Origin: Eubacteriales bacterium
GTDB taxonomy: Bacteria > Bacillota > Clostridia > Oscillospirales > CAG-272
Length of the DNA: 64,000 nucleotides
Assembly: GCA_045651165.1 (NCBI GenBank)
Contig: JAZRRX010000013.1
Coordinates: forward strand, 71,319-135,318
Direction of reading: 5' to 3'
Below the pieces are notes generated by a model that saw only the letters and a program-made list of their open reading frames with translations, was not told where the DNA came from and did no database searches. A program made the position numbers and the translations under genes. This document shows, piece by piece, positions 39,299 to 48,570 of this stretch (position 1 is its first letter; every line of letters begins with the position of its first letter).

Positions 39299-39319
39299 TG
39301 TGGCGGAGAGAGAGGGATT
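39299..39319 (-). repeat. orphan copy of the tRNA-Ser(GGA) 3' end (21 nt)
   Basis: TGGCGGAGAGAGAGGGATTCG is identical to 39709-39729. No remaining tRNA body. Confidence 0.85.
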
Positions 39320-39487
39320 CGTTCTTGAATTTTGCAAAACATTTCGAACGGTTTATATGTCATGTTTTGCAAAATTCTTCGGTCACCGTTCAAAAACAGC
39401 GCACTGTGCTGTTTTTTCACTGCGTTCGAATCCCATTGTATTCTCTGACAAAACGAAAAAAGCACCCCAAAGGGTGCTTTTCCGTTT

Positions 39488-39507
39488 TGGCGGAGAGAGA
39501 GGGATTC
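39488..39507 (-). repeat. orphan copy of the tRNA-Ser(GGA) 3' end (20 nt)
   Basis: TGGCGGAGAGAGAGGGATTC is identical to 39709-39728. On the minus strand it is followed by its own terminator-like hairpin (GCACCC-tttg-GGGTGC). Confidence 0.85.
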
Positions 39508-39708
39508 CCCCACTCGAAAATATAGTCGTCTCGGCTATACGCTAAAGCATATACCCGACACTCCTTATTTTCTCCCTTCTCGTTCTCCCTTTTTCTGCCA
39601 CCGGCAGCGGTCGAACTCGAAGCCCCTCACGGTACCCGTTCCTTCGGGTTCGAGCACTCGAACGCAGGCACAAACAAAAAACCCACCCGATTGGGTGGGT
39701 TTTGTTTG

Positions 39709-39800
39709 TGGCGGAGAGAGAGGGATTCGAACCCTCGGAACGGTATTAGCGTTCACACGATTTCCAATCGTGCGCCTTAGACCAGCTCAGCCATCTCTCC
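39709..39800 (-). tRNA. tRNA-Ser (anticodon GGA)
   Basis: The reverse complement folds as a class II tRNA. Acceptor GGAGAGA/TCTCTCC, anticodon stem CACGA/TCGTG with loop TTGGAAA, a long variable arm, T-loop GGTTCGAATCC, and encoded CCA. Confidence 0.93.
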
Positions 39801-39929
39801 ATCTGCTCGACTGTTATATTATATCATAAAAATCCAAAAAATCAAGACCTTTTTTGAAATTTTTTCTCATTTTTAAGTATATTTTCAAAAAATAATTCAA
39901 AAAACTTAAAAATATTTTTGCAAAAGGTA

Positions 39930-39958
39930 TTGACATTTCACTTTCACTATGCTATAAT
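39930..39958 (+). promoter_or_regulatory. sigma-A type promoter of the tRNA-Thr/tRNA-Tyr unit
   Basis: TTGACA (39930-39935), 17 nt, TATAAT (39953-39958). Confidence 0.65.
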
Positions 39959-39981
39959 ATCAACGTTCCGTAAAAATGCAC

Positions 39982-40056
39982 GCTGGTGTGGCTCAATGGC
40001 AGAGCAGCTGATTTGTAATCAGCAGGTTGTTGGTTCGACTCCGATCACCAGCTCCA
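39982..40056 (+). tRNA. tRNA-Thr (anticodon TGT)
   Basis: Acceptor GCTGGTG/CACCAGC, anticodon stem GCTGA/TCAGC with loop TTTGTAA, T-loop TTCGACT, and encoded CCA. Confidence 0.92.
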
Positions 40057-40063
40057 TTTTTTT

Positions 40064-40148
40064 GGGGGATTTCCCGAGCGGCCAAAGGGGGCAGACTGTA
40101 AATCTGTTGTCACTGACTTCGGTGGTCCGAATCCACCATCCCCCACCA
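40064..40148 (+). tRNA. tRNA-Tyr (anticodon GTA)
   Basis: Acceptor GGGGGAT/ATCCCCC, anticodon loop CTGTAAA, a long variable arm as in bacterial tRNA-Tyr, T-loop TCCGAAT region, and encoded CCA. Confidence 0.9.
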
Positions 40149-40151
40149 GAG

Positions 40152-40180
40152 AAAGCACTTGCTTTTGCAAGTGCTTTTTC
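40152..40180 (+). terminator. intrinsic terminator after the tRNA pair
   Basis: AAAGCACTTGC-tttt-GCAAGTGCTTTTT. Confidence 0.85.
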
Positions 40181-40334
40181 ACGGACATTAATATTGCATG
40201 TGTGAGTTTTTTCATAAATCCTTTTTTCATAGTTTTCCAACAAAAGACCGACCCTCTGGGTTGGTCTTTTGTTTTTGTTTTTTTATTTAATCTAAAAAAG
40301 AGACCCTTTGTCAAGGTCTCTTTTTTCTTATTGA

Positions 40335-40892
40335 TTACATTATAAACATTGCACCAACAACCAAACCAGTAATAGCTTCAACCAAGCTAATAAGAGCGCT
40401 TGAAATTGTGATTACTGCAGCCATAGCAACAAATACAACAACCAATACTGCAACAAGGAAAGGCACAATAAGAATTGCCAAAACACCAATAATTGCAGTT
40501 GCTATATTTTTGTATGTTTCATTGCTAGTAATAAAGTTGAAAACATCCTCAATCAAACCAAAAATTTCATCCTTGAGTTTGCCCACCAAACCCATAAGTT
40601 CTTCTGATGCACTGAGATCTTCTTCATCTTCTGTAGTACCTTCGTTTTCAGGAGGGGTTTGTTCTCCACTATCTTCGGTGCCTTCGTTTTCAGGAGGGGT
40701 TTGTTCTCCACCCTCTTCGGTGCCTTCGTTTTCAGGAGGAGTTTGTTCTCCACCCTCGCCTTCACCTTCAGGAAGTGTTTCTTCTGTACCAGTAGATACA
40801 TCTTCGCCCTCAGCAAAAACAAGCATTGTATTTGCTGCAAACACAGTAAATACAAGCACAAATGCCATCAATATAAATATCAAACGTTTCAT
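40335..40892 (-). CDS. secreted acidic repeat protein with a C-terminal membrane anchor
   Basis: Signal peptide; three tandem GEQTPPENEGT(E) units; hydrophobic C-terminal ~60 aa. Confidence 0.65.
   Translation of the reverse strand: MKRLIFILMAFVLVFTVFAANTMLVFAEGEDVSTGTEETLPEGEGEGGEQTPPENEGTEEGGEQTPPENEGTEDSGEQTPPENEGTTEDEEDLSASEELMGLVGKLKDEIFGLIEDVFNFITSNETYKNIATAIIGVLAILIVPFLVAVLVVVFVAMAAVITISSALISLVEAITGLVVGAMFIM
40636..40761. repeat. 3 x 42-bp in-frame tandem repeat
   Basis: Units at 40636-40677, 40678-40719 and 40720-40761 (GTGCCTTCGTTTTCAGGAGGGGTTTGTTCTCCACCCTCTTCG and variants) inside the acidic repeat protein gene. Confidence 0.9.
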
Positions 40893-41133
40893 ATATTTCT
40901 CCTTTGAAACTTAAATGTCCTTTTATATATAAATTTTACCTTATTTACCTCAATTTGTCAAGATGTTAATTAGATATTATACAATTCTATTACTATTTGA
41001 TTATTTTTTTATCATTTTTCTTTCATTTTTGTGATTTTTTTGTCAAAAGTGCATATATTTCTATTGATTTTATCACAAAAATATGATACAATGTGATACT
41101 AAATATTCTTTTAATAAATTTTGGGAGGTAAAT

Positions 41134-41838
41134 ATGTTCCAGACAATGATACAAGAATTTTTGAATAGCATAATCGGTCAAGGTGAACTTTTTGCACGTC
41201 TTGCGTTTGCGGGATTTTGTGGAGCTGTCATCGGACTTGAACGAAGCATCAGAAGAAAGGATGCGGGAATCAAAACACATATTATCTTGGCTCTTGGCGC
41301 GGCTTTATTTATGATAGTTTCTCAATACGGCTTTGCAGATCTCTCCCTCTCTCCCGAATATGGTGCAGACGCTTCGCGTATCGCATCCAATATCGTAACA
41401 GGTGTTTCATTCCTTTGTGCAGGTGTAATCTTCGTGCGCGGAGCATCCGTTAAAGGTCTTACAACTGCAACAGGAATTTGGACAACTGCAGGCATCGGTA
41501 TGGCTGCAGGTGCTGGAATGTATGGCATCACACTTTTTGCAACACTCCTTATTTTGATAATTCAAATTCTTCTTAACAAAGTATCAATCAAAATTGAAAC
41601 ACACTATTCTCTCGAGGTTGAATTGAAAAACCCCGATGATACACCCATCGGTGAAATAATCAAAGAAATTTCAACTCTCGCAAAAGCAACACCAAACTCA
41701 ATTAAAATGTCACATAACGGTGATGAAACCATCTATCATTTAAGCTTCAATATAGTACATACCATAAATGAAATTGAGGTTATAGAAACACTTAAACAAC
41801 ACAAAACGGTTACCCGTGTTTCATGGTCTGCGCTTTAA
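41134..41838 (+). CDS. MgtC/SapB family membrane protein
   Basis: ATG at 41134 after GGGAGG. GLERSIRRKDAGIKTH motif, 4-5 TM, plus a soluble C-terminal domain. Confidence 0.88.
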   Translation: MFQTMIQEFLNSIIGQGELFARLAFAGFCGAVIGLERSIRRKDAGIKTHIILALGAALFMIVSQYGFADLSLSPEYGADASRIASNIVTGVSFLCAGVIFVRGASVKGLTTATGIWTTAGIGMAAGAGMYGITLFATLLILIIQILLNKVSIKIETHYSLEVELKNPDDTPIGEIIKEISTLAKATPNSIKMSHNGDETIYHLSFNIVHTINEIEVIETLKQHKTVTRVSWSAL

Positions 41839-41845
41839 ATGTTTT

Positions 41846-41876
41846 AAAATCCCGAGAAAATCTCGGGATTTTTTGT
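41846..41876 (+). terminator. intrinsic terminator
   Basis: AAAATCCCGAGA-aaa-TCTCGGGATTTTTTG. Confidence 0.85.
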
Positions 41877-41961
41877 TTTCTCTTGCATTTTATCCATAAT
41901 TGTGATATAATTCTATCTAATAATGGATAATTTCGCTTTTTTGCGAAGATTGGAGTAATTT

Positions 41962-43320
41962 ATGAACATTACAATAGTTGGGTGCGGAAAAATAGGTCGC
42001 TCGATGGTGGAAATACTTACCGCCGAAGGACATGACGTTCTTGTAATCGATAACGATCCCACCGTTCTTAACAAAACAACGGATATCTATGACGTTATGG
42101 GAGTGTGCGGAAATGCAGTTGACTGCGACACACTCACAGAAGCCAATGTAAATAATACCGATATTCTTGTTGCCACTACGGACTCTGATGAAATGAATAT
42201 GCTTTCATGCTTTCTTGCTAAAAAGCTTGGTGCGAAGCACACTGTAGCTAGAATAAGAAACCCCGAATATAATGACCAAAGTCTTGGATTTTTGCGTCAA
42301 CATCTTAATCTTTCAATATCATTGAATCCGGAGTTTCTTGTAGCTGAAGAAATTGCTAACATACTACAGCTTCCATCTGCAGTAAAGATAGAACGTTTTT
42401 CGCGCAGAAATATCGAAATGGTGGAGATAATTCTACCACAAGATTGCCCTCTTGATGGTATCAATCTTATCAAAATGAGAGAAAAATACAGAGCAAATTA
42501 CCTTATTTGCACCGTTCAAAGAGATAATAAAGTATTTATTCCCGATGGACATTTTGTACTAAAACAAGGTGATAGAATAGGACTTGTTGCAACTCACAGT
42601 GAGATTGCAAAACTCCTTGGATGGCTTGGACTCCTTCGCAAGCAAGCCAAGAGCGTTATGATTCTCGGTGGAGGCAAAACATCCTACTATCTTGCTAAAA
42701 AGTTAATAAATCTTGGAGTTGACGTTAAAATCATTGAAGAACGTATAGAGAGATGCGAATTTCTCGCCTCCGAACTCCCAGAAGCTGTAATTATTCACGG
42801 TGACGGAGCTCAACAAGAGCTCCTTTTGGAAGAGGGTATCTCCTCAATGGATGCTTTTGTTTGTCTTACAGGTATGGATGAAGAAAACATAATGCTTTCA
42901 ATCTATGCATCAATGCAAAATGTTCCTAAGGTAGTTGCCAAAATCAACCGCGAAGAACTTTTAACCATGGCAGAAAAGCTTGGAGTTGAAACGATAGTAT
43001 CACCCGCGGCACTCACAACTAACATTATAGTTCGTTACGCGCGTGCGCTTGAAAACACTAAAGGCTCCAACGTTGAAACACTTTATAAGCTTATGGACGG
43101 CAAGGCAGAAGCACTTGAATTTAATGTTAAGTCCGATTCCTCAGTTATAGGAATACCATTTAAAAATATTAAACTCAAGCCCAATGTTCTTATTGCCGGT
43201 ATCACGCGTGGAAGAAGCACAATAATTCCCTCCGGTAACGATATGATTATGTCGGGGGACAGAGTAATAGTAATATCTGCAGAACAGCGTCTTCACGACC
43301 TTGATGATATTCTTCTTTAA
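41962..43320 (+). CDS. trkA: Trk system potassium uptake protein TrkA
   Basis: Two RCK N/C modules. N-terminal Rossmann motif VGCGKIGRS and a second LGGGKTS. Confidence 0.93.
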   Translation: MNITIVGCGKIGRSMVEILTAEGHDVLVIDNDPTVLNKTTDIYDVMGVCGNAVDCDTLTEANVNNTDILVATTDSDEMNMLSCFLAKKLGAKHTVARIRNPEYNDQSLGFLRQHLNLSISLNPEFLVAEEIANILQLPSAVKIERFSRRNIEMVEIILPQDCPLDGINLIKMREKYRANYLICTVQRDNKVFIPDGHFVLKQGDRIGLVATHSEIAKLLGWLGLLRKQAKSVMILGGGKTSYYLAKKLINLGVDVKIIEERIERCEFLASELPEAVIIHGDGAQQELLLEEGISSMDAFVCLTGMDEENIMLSIYASMQNVPKVVAKINREELLTMAEKLGVETIVSPAALTTNIIVRYARALENTKGSNVETLYKLMDGKAEALEFNVKSDSSVIGIPFKNIKLKPNVLIAGITRGRSTIIPSGNDMIMSGDRVIVISAEQRLHDLDDILL

Positions 43321-43330
43321 GAGGTAATTT

Positions 43331-44776
43331 ATGAATAACAAAATGATATTTTCCACACTTGGAAAGTTAACTGTTTCCGAAGCAGTATTGATGATATTCC
43401 CTCTTATAACTGCACTCATTTACGGTGAAAAACAAACCGCAATAGCATTTTTAATCTCAATCGGAATTGTAGGAATAATTGGATTTTCTCTATACTTCGG
43501 TTGCAAAACAAAAAACAAGGTGATATTTGCCAAAGAAGGATTTATCATCGTTGCATTCAGCTGGCTTATCATGTCTGCTATAGGAGCTATACCATTTGTA
43601 CTCAGTGGAGATATTCCCTCTTACATTGATGCGTTCTTTGAAACTGTAAGTGGATTTACCACAACGGGCGCAACAATACTTCGTGATGTTGAGGTGCTTT
43701 CAAAAGGTGCACTTTTTTGGCGTAGCTTCACACACTGGGTAGGTGGCATGGGAGTTCTTGTGTTCGTAATGGCAGTCCTTCCCTCTATTTCTGACCGCTC
43801 TATACACATTATGAGAGCAGAGATGCCTGGCCCCATCGTTGGTAAAATAGTGCCACGAGCAAGGCAAACAGCAAGAATACTTTATGTTATCTATTTTGCA
43901 ATGACTGTATTCGAAACAATACTCTTGTTGGTTGGTGGAATGCCATTATTCGACAGTATTGTTCACGCATTCGGTACTGCCGGAACGGGTGGATTTGGAA
44001 TTAAAGGTGATAGTATCGCTTCATACAGTCCATATCTTCAATGGGTAATAACAATCTTTATGTTTTTGTTTGGAGTAAACTTCAACCTTTATTATCTTAT
44101 ATTGATGAAAAAATTCCGAATTGCCATCAAAAGTGGGGAGTTTTGGGCATATTTTGGCATAACTGCAGCAGCAACAGCTATAATTTGCATCAATATTTTT
44201 CCTATGTATAACAATTTCGGTGATGCAATTCGTACTTCGGCTTTTCAAACAGCATCAATAATAACCACAACCGGATTTTCAACCGTTGACTTTAACCTTT
44301 GGCCAACCCTTTCAAAAACCATAATTATGATGCTTATGTTCGTTGGTGCATGCGCCGGGTCCACAGGCGGTGGATTTAAAGTAACTCGCATTGTAATGCT
44401 TTTTAAATCCATAAAGCAAGAGTTAAGAAGAATGATCCACCCCCGTTCTGTGTCAGCAGTAAATTTTGAGGGCAAGGCGTTGGACAAAATTACTTTAAAT
44501 AGTGTAAGCACATATCTCGCAGTATATCTGGTTTCCTTCATCGCGATTGTTCTTATTATATCATTCGAACCATTCGATTTTGAAACTACGTTTTCTGCGG
44601 CCTTGAGTTGCTTTAATAATATAGGACCCGGTATTGGAGCTGTAGGCCCAATGGGAAGCTTTGCAAATTACACCGATTTTTCTAAAATGATTCTTTCTCT
44701 CGCAATGCTTCTTGGTCGTCTTGAAATTTATCCCCTTCTTATCGCACTTACTCCAAGCACTTGGACAAAAAAATAA
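43331..44776 (+). CDS. trkH: TrkH family potassium uptake protein
   Basis: 481-aa polytopic protein with TrkH-like selectivity-filter segments (SGFTTTGAT, GTAGTGGFG, TTTGFST, STGGGFKV). Confidence 0.93.
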   Translation: MNNKMIFSTLGKLTVSEAVLMIFPLITALIYGEKQTAIAFLISIGIVGIIGFSLYFGCKTKNKVIFAKEGFIIVAFSWLIMSAIGAIPFVLSGDIPSYIDAFFETVSGFTTTGATILRDVEVLSKGALFWRSFTHWVGGMGVLVFVMAVLPSISDRSIHIMRAEMPGPIVGKIVPRARQTARILYVIYFAMTVFETILLLVGGMPLFDSIVHAFGTAGTGGFGIKGDSIASYSPYLQWVITIFMFLFGVNFNLYYLILMKKFRIAIKSGEFWAYFGITAAATAIICINIFPMYNNFGDAIRTSAFQTASIITTTGFSTVDFNLWPTLSKTIIMMLMFVGACAGSTGGGFKVTRIVMLFKSIKQELRRMIHPRSVSAVNFEGKALDKITLNSVSTYLAVYLVSFIAIVLIISFEPFDFETTFSAALSCFNNIGPGIGAVGPMGSFANYTDFSKMILSLAMLLGRLEIYPLLIALTPSTWTKK

Positions 44777-44793
44777 TTCACAAGGGAGATTGT

Positions 44794-45732
44794 ATGGTTA
44801 AAAGAGTATCAAGCAAAAATGGACTTATAGAATTGTTTAGATTTTTGTGTGCAATATGGGTTGCATATTATCACGAATATTTTCCTATTCTTTCGGATAA
44901 ATTCGATGGAGTAAACATTTCAGTTGACTTTTTCTTTATGGTTACGGGACTTTTTTTCCTAAAATCCATAGAAAAATACAGAGAGCAGTCATTTTGGAAA
45001 GGCACTAAATTTATATTTTGGAGCAGAACAAAAAGGTTTATAGTTCCCCTAATAATTGCAGCACTTTCTGTTCTTTGGTGCAATTTGATGATTGAACTCA
45101 CGTTTAACGGATTAAACTTCCCCTTCATATATTTGTGGTTCTTTGTGGCACAATTTATATTCTTATCTTTATTCTATTTAATTCTTAAAAACACCAAGCG
45201 CATGTCCACATTCAACATAATTTGTGTTGTTATCATATGTCTCTCAATGTCATTTTTCAAATTGGGGCTTACAGGACTTGATATTTTTGCCAGAGGTCCT
45301 GCTATGCTCGCTTTGGGTATGCTCTTGTCACAGGTTCCCGAGATAAATATAAAAGCAAAGAGCGAAGCTAAATCTCAAAGGCTTAATTTAACAGTAAATA
45401 TTATTGGCTTTACAGTTGCGGCACTTGCATTTTTATACCTTGCTTATTTACCAAAATTTCAGATTTGGAAATTGCATCTTTTCACATGTATAGTTTGCCC
45501 CACGTTGTTATACTTTGCAAAACAAATTCCCGTGCGCAGCAAATTCTTGAACTTCCTTGGTGAATGCAGTATATACATATACTTGGCTCAATGCCCAATT
45601 TTATTGCATCACTTCTATATAAGCGACCACTCCCCAGATCAATTTCCTCTTCTTTGTGTTTGTGCAGTTGCCTTTTTAATAATAAACAGGGTAGCTAATA
45701 AACTATTGAACAAAAGACGAGTAATAGCTTAG
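44794..45732 (+). CDS. acyltransferase family 3 membrane protein
   Basis: ATG at 44794. Start G(L)IELFRFLCAIWVAYYHE is typical of acyltransferase_3. About 10 TM. Confidence 0.75.
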   Translation: MVKRVSSKNGLIELFRFLCAIWVAYYHEYFPILSDKFDGVNISVDFFFMVTGLFFLKSIEKYREQSFWKGTKFIFWSRTKRFIVPLIIAALSVLWCNLMIELTFNGLNFPFIYLWFFVAQFIFLSLFYLILKNTKRMSTFNIICVVIICLSMSFFKLGLTGLDIFARGPAMLALGMLLSQVPEINIKAKSEAKSQRLNLTVNIIGFTVAALAFLYLAYLPKFQIWKLHLFTCIVCPTLLYFAKQIPVRSKFLNFLGECSIYIYLAQCPILLHHFYISDHSPDQFPLLCVCAVAFLIINRVANKLLNKRRVIA

Positions 45733-45740
45733 TTAAATAA

Positions 45741-45775
45741 AAGAACGGCGGAAAATTTCCGCCGTTCTTTTATTT
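45741..45775. terminator. bidirectional intrinsic terminator
   Basis: AAGAACGGCGGAAA-at-TTTCCGCCGTTCTT with a T-tract; overlaps the GtrA gene stop. Confidence 0.85.
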
Positions 45776-46252
45776 TTTCTTAAAAACTATATATTTGCTT
45801 ATAAGATAATTTGTAATAATAACCGCTACGCTTGCCACAATCTTCGACCAAAGGTCTGCAGTAAAGGTCAAAATCAACTTGAACGGAACGTAATTAAGTG
45901 TGTTAAGCAACCAAACTGTGCCAAAAGTGAGCAAGGTATCAAGACCTAATGTGCCCACTCTTGCAAGAGCAAATTGAGAAAGCTCGCGCGCGGTCTCTTT
46001 TTTAGTTGTTCCAGAAGCATTAAATACCCATTTTTTGTTGGTAAAGAATGCAACTAGCACTCCTGCAATCCATTGAAGTATCTGTGCAGCAAGACGAATG
46101 GCATTAAATCTTGGCTCGCTGGGGGATATTCCACCGATATACTCGGCAGCAAGTAAAATGCTAAAATAAACACACCACGACACCAAAGTTGTAATAACGC
46201 CAAAGAAAATATAAGTGATTATTTCTCGATGTTTTTTAAACAAATCCTTCAT
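45770..46252 (-). CDS. GtrA family membrane protein
   Basis: 160 aa, 4 TM, GtrA-like layout (KFIVFKK-type C-terminus). Confidence 0.75.
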   Translation of the reverse strand: MKDLFKKHREIITYIFFGVITTLVSWCVYFSILLAAEYIGGISPSEPRFNAIRLAAQILQWIAGVLVAFFTNKKWVFNASGTTKKETARELSQFALARVGTLGLDTLLTFGTVWLLNTLNYVPFKLILTFTADLWSKIVASVAVIITNYLISKYIVFKKK

Positions 46253-46260
46253 TTTGCACC

Positions 46261-47706
46261 TTAAGAAAGCTTATATGTTGTTCCTGCAGATGTATCAACA
46301 AGAGTAATTCCCTTGTCTGCAAGATATTGTCTAATTTCATCTGCACGAGCAAAATTCTTTTCCTTCTTTGCCATTTTTCTTTCTTCGATGAGCGCTTCAA
46401 CCTCGCGAGCAAGCTCCTCGGATACGCCCTCGGGAGCTGCAAGCGCCTTCTTTGCTTCCTCTTCCATCTTCGCACGAAGTGCATTAGCATGACCGATGAG
46501 GTCAAGAGAAAGAACTCTATCAAAATCAGCAATAAGAGCAAGCTTTGTAGCATCGTTTGTCTTTGCTTTAAGTACATCATAAAGTGCAGTTACTGCCAAG
46601 GATGTAAGCAAATCGTTATCCATAGCATCTGTAAATCTTGTTTTAAGAGCCGCAAATGCCTCGGCATCCACTTCTCCACCCTCTTTGAGAGTTGCAATCT
46701 TTGCAATAAGTTTGCCATAGGCAATTTTTGCGTTATCAAGATTTTCATAGCTGAATACAAGGTTCTTTCTATAATGGCTCTGCATACAGAAGAAACGATA
46801 TTCCATTGGGTCATAACCCTTGGATTCAAGCAAAGAAACTGTCAAGAATTCACCAGTTGACTTACTCATCTTACCACTATTTGTGTTAAGGTGAAGAACG
46901 TGGAACCAATAGTTACACCACTTGTGTCCAATATATGCTTCACTCTGTGCAATTTCGTTTGTATGGTGGGGGAACGCGTTATCAATACCACCACAGTGAA
47001 TGTCGAGTTTATCGCCAAGATGCTTCATACTAATGCATGAGCATTCGATATGCCAACCGGGGTAACCTACACCCCACGGAGAATCCCACTTGAGTGCCTG
47101 ATCTTCAAATTTTGACTTTGTGAACCAAAGAACGAAGTCGTTCTTATTTCTCTTATTTGTATCCTCTTCAACGCCCTCACGAACACCAACAGCAAGGTCT
47201 TCTTCCTTGAAATCGTTGAAAATATAGTATTTTTCAAGCTTAGATGTGTCAAAATATACGTTTCCGCCTGTAAAATATGCATATCCCTTTTCGATAAGTC
47301 CCTCAATTACTTTGATGAATTCATCAACGCAACCTGTTGCAGGCTCAACGATATCGGGAGTTTTTATATTCAATTTATCGCAATCGGAGAAGAAAGCATC
47401 TGTATAGAATTTTGCAATTTCCATAACGGATTTGTTCTCTCTCTTTGCGCCCTTGAGCATCTTATCCTCACCCTCATCGGCATCGGAAGCAAGATGTCCA
47501 ACGTCAGTAATATTCATAACGCGAGTTACGTCATAACCAACGTAGCGGAAGTACTTTTCAAGCACGTCTTCCATAATGTATGAACGAAGATTTCCAATAT
47601 GAGCAAAGTGATATACTGTAGGGCCACATGTATACATGCTAACCTTTCCAGGCTCATTGGGAACAAATTCTTCTCTTTGTCTTGTAGCTGTGTTATAAAG
47701 CTTCAT
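46261..47706 (-). CDS. cysS: cysteine--tRNA ligase
   Basis: Class I motifs HIGN (FAHIGNLRS) and KMSKS (GKMSKS). Zn-binding Cys/His pattern. Sits behind cysE and a Cys T-box. Confidence 0.97.
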   Translation of the reverse strand: MKLYNTATRQREEFVPNEPGKVSMYTCGPTVYHFAHIGNLRSYIMEDVLEKYFRYVGYDVTRVMNITDVGHLASDADEGEDKMLKGAKRENKSVMEIAKFYTDAFFSDCDKLNIKTPDIVEPATGCVDEFIKVIEGLIEKGYAYFTGGNVYFDTSKLEKYYIFNDFKEEDLAVGVREGVEEDTNKRNKNDFVLWFTKSKFEDQALKWDSPWGVGYPGWHIECSCISMKHLGDKLDIHCGGIDNAFPHHTNEIAQSEAYIGHKWCNYWFHVLHLNTNSGKMSKSTGEFLTVSLLESKGYDPMEYRFFCMQSHYRKNLVFSYENLDNAKIAYGKLIAKIATLKEGGEVDAEAFAALKTRFTDAMDNDLLTSLAVTALYDVLKAKTNDATKLALIADFDRVLSLDLIGHANALRAKMEEEAKKALAAPEGVSEELAREVEALIEERKMAKKEKNFARADEIRQYLADKGITLVDTSAGTTYKLS

Positions 47707-47718
47707 TTTTTACCTCTT

Positions 47719-48276
47719 TTATGTTAAATAATTTTTTTTCGTTATTATTCTTACGGGCACACCAACCGCGGTAGCACCATCGGGTATATCACACAAAACC
47801 ACCGCATTTGCGCCAATTTTTGCGTTATTTCCTATTTCTATATTGCCAAGTATCTTTGCCCCCGCACCAACAAAAACGTTATTGTGGAGCGTTGGATGCC
47901 GCTTGCCTCGCTCTATTCCCCTGCCTCCGAGCGTTACTCCGTGAAAAATCGTGCAATCATCACCGATTATAGCCGTTTCACCTATCACAACTCCACTTCC
48001 GTGGTCGATAAGCAATCCCTTTCCAATAAATGCGGCGGGATGTATTTCAATTCCCGTGAAAAATCGCGCAATCTGACTTATAAGTTTTGCCAAAAATTTA
48101 AAACCATTTATATAGAACAAATGCGCAATTCGATATGACCAAATTGCATGAATACCTTGATTTGTAAGAACAATTTCAAGTTTTCCCCTTGACGCAGGAT
48201 CTCTCTTTTCTACTACCTCAATATCATATTTTATTATTGTCCATATATTTTTTACTTCCTCAATTACTTTTATCAT
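47719..48276 (-). CDS. cysE: serine O-acetyltransferase
   Basis: ATG at 48276 after GGAGG. N-terminal SATase helices plus left-handed beta-helix hexapeptide repeats ([24 protein letters not shown]). Confidence 0.93.
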   Translation of the reverse strand: MIKVIEEVKNIWTIIKYDIEVVEKRDPASRGKLEIVLTNQGIHAIWSYRIAHLFYINGFKFLAKLISQIARFFTGIEIHPAAFIGKGLLIDHGSGVVIGETAIIGDDCTIFHGVTLGGRGIERGKRHPTLHNNVFVGAGAKILGNIEIGNNAKIGANAVVLCDIPDGATAVGVPVRIITKKNYLT

Positions 48277-48288
48277 AATTGCCTCCGT

Positions 48289-48520
48289 AAAAAAATCCTC
48301 TGCACCCCAACGGGTGCAGAGGCATAAAAAACGCGGTTCCACTCTGCTTAGGAGAAAATTAATATCTCCCATCTCTTACCTCTTAACGCAAGGGGCGTCC
48401 GTCCGTTTCTTGACGGAATCTCAGAAGTGCACAAGCCGTATTTATCAACGCGCCTCGCAACCTATGGGCGCGCTCTCTGTGTGATAAAAAAATCGGTTTC
48501 TTCTTCGTCATCGACTTTAT
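48289..48520 (-). promoter_or_regulatory. T-box leader (cysteine specifier) of cysE-cysS
   Basis: Minus strand features: AGAGA box, candidate specifier UGC followed by A (cttgTGCActtc), T-box sequence AGCAGAGTGGAACCGCG, and terminator CCTCTGCACCCgttgGGGTGCAGAGG + T7. Confidence 0.88.
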
Positions 48521-48526
48521 ATAAGC

Positions 48527-48555
48527 ATTATACTCAATTTTTTATTATTTGTAAA
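48527..48555 (-). promoter_or_regulatory. sigma-A type promoter of the T-box-cysES unit
   Basis: Read on the minus strand: TTTACA, 17 nt, TATAAT. Confidence 0.6.
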
Positions 48556-48570
48556 TAGTTTTGCAAAAAA

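Noticed and set aside
37251-39300. Calling this stretch a defence island or prophage remnant
   Set aside because: There is no integrase, no phage genes and no recognised defence domains. Only composition and the adjacent tRNA scars hint at foreign origin, so it is kept as a low-scoring finding rather than a feature.
39488-39705. Possible additional tRNA, tmRNA-like or tRNA-Sec gene ending in the orphan CCA-containing fragment
   Set aside because: No matching 5' acceptor strand, D-arm, anticodon arm or TTCGAAT T-loop could be folded upstream of the fragment. Only the last 20 nt resemble a tRNA.
39271-39756. Several 60-80-aa ORFs on both strands (39271-39513, 39300-39545, 39325-39525, 39565-39756)
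   Set aside because: They are generated by the tRNA-Ser 3'-end copies (translated GGEREGF / IPLSPP) and terminator hairpins. None has an RBS.
39918-40314. ORFs of 74-95 aa overlapping the tRNA-Thr / tRNA-Tyr genes
   Set aside because: The sequence folds into two canonical tRNAs with a promoter and terminator, so a protein-coding reading is spurious.
40636-40761. Tandem 42-bp repeats considered as a mini CRISPR-like array
   Set aside because: The units are contiguous with no spacers, in frame within a CDS, and encode a repeated peptide. No cas genes are nearby.
40408-40914. 168-aa plus-strand ORF rich in Ser/Pro
   Set aside because: It is a mirror frame of the acidic repeat protein gene. 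The minus-strand frame has a signal peptide, an RBS and a flanking terminator.
46236-46580. 114-aa minus-strand ORF overlapping the 3' part of cysS in another frame
   Set aside because: It is a highly basic Arg/Lys/Leu-rich out-of-frame product within a strongly supported cysS. It has no independent RBS.
48277-48372. N-terminal extension of the cysE ORF (ORF-track start at 48372)
   Set aside because: The extension covers the T-box terminator and antiterminator. The ATG at 48276 has a GGAGG RBS and gives a normal-length CysE.
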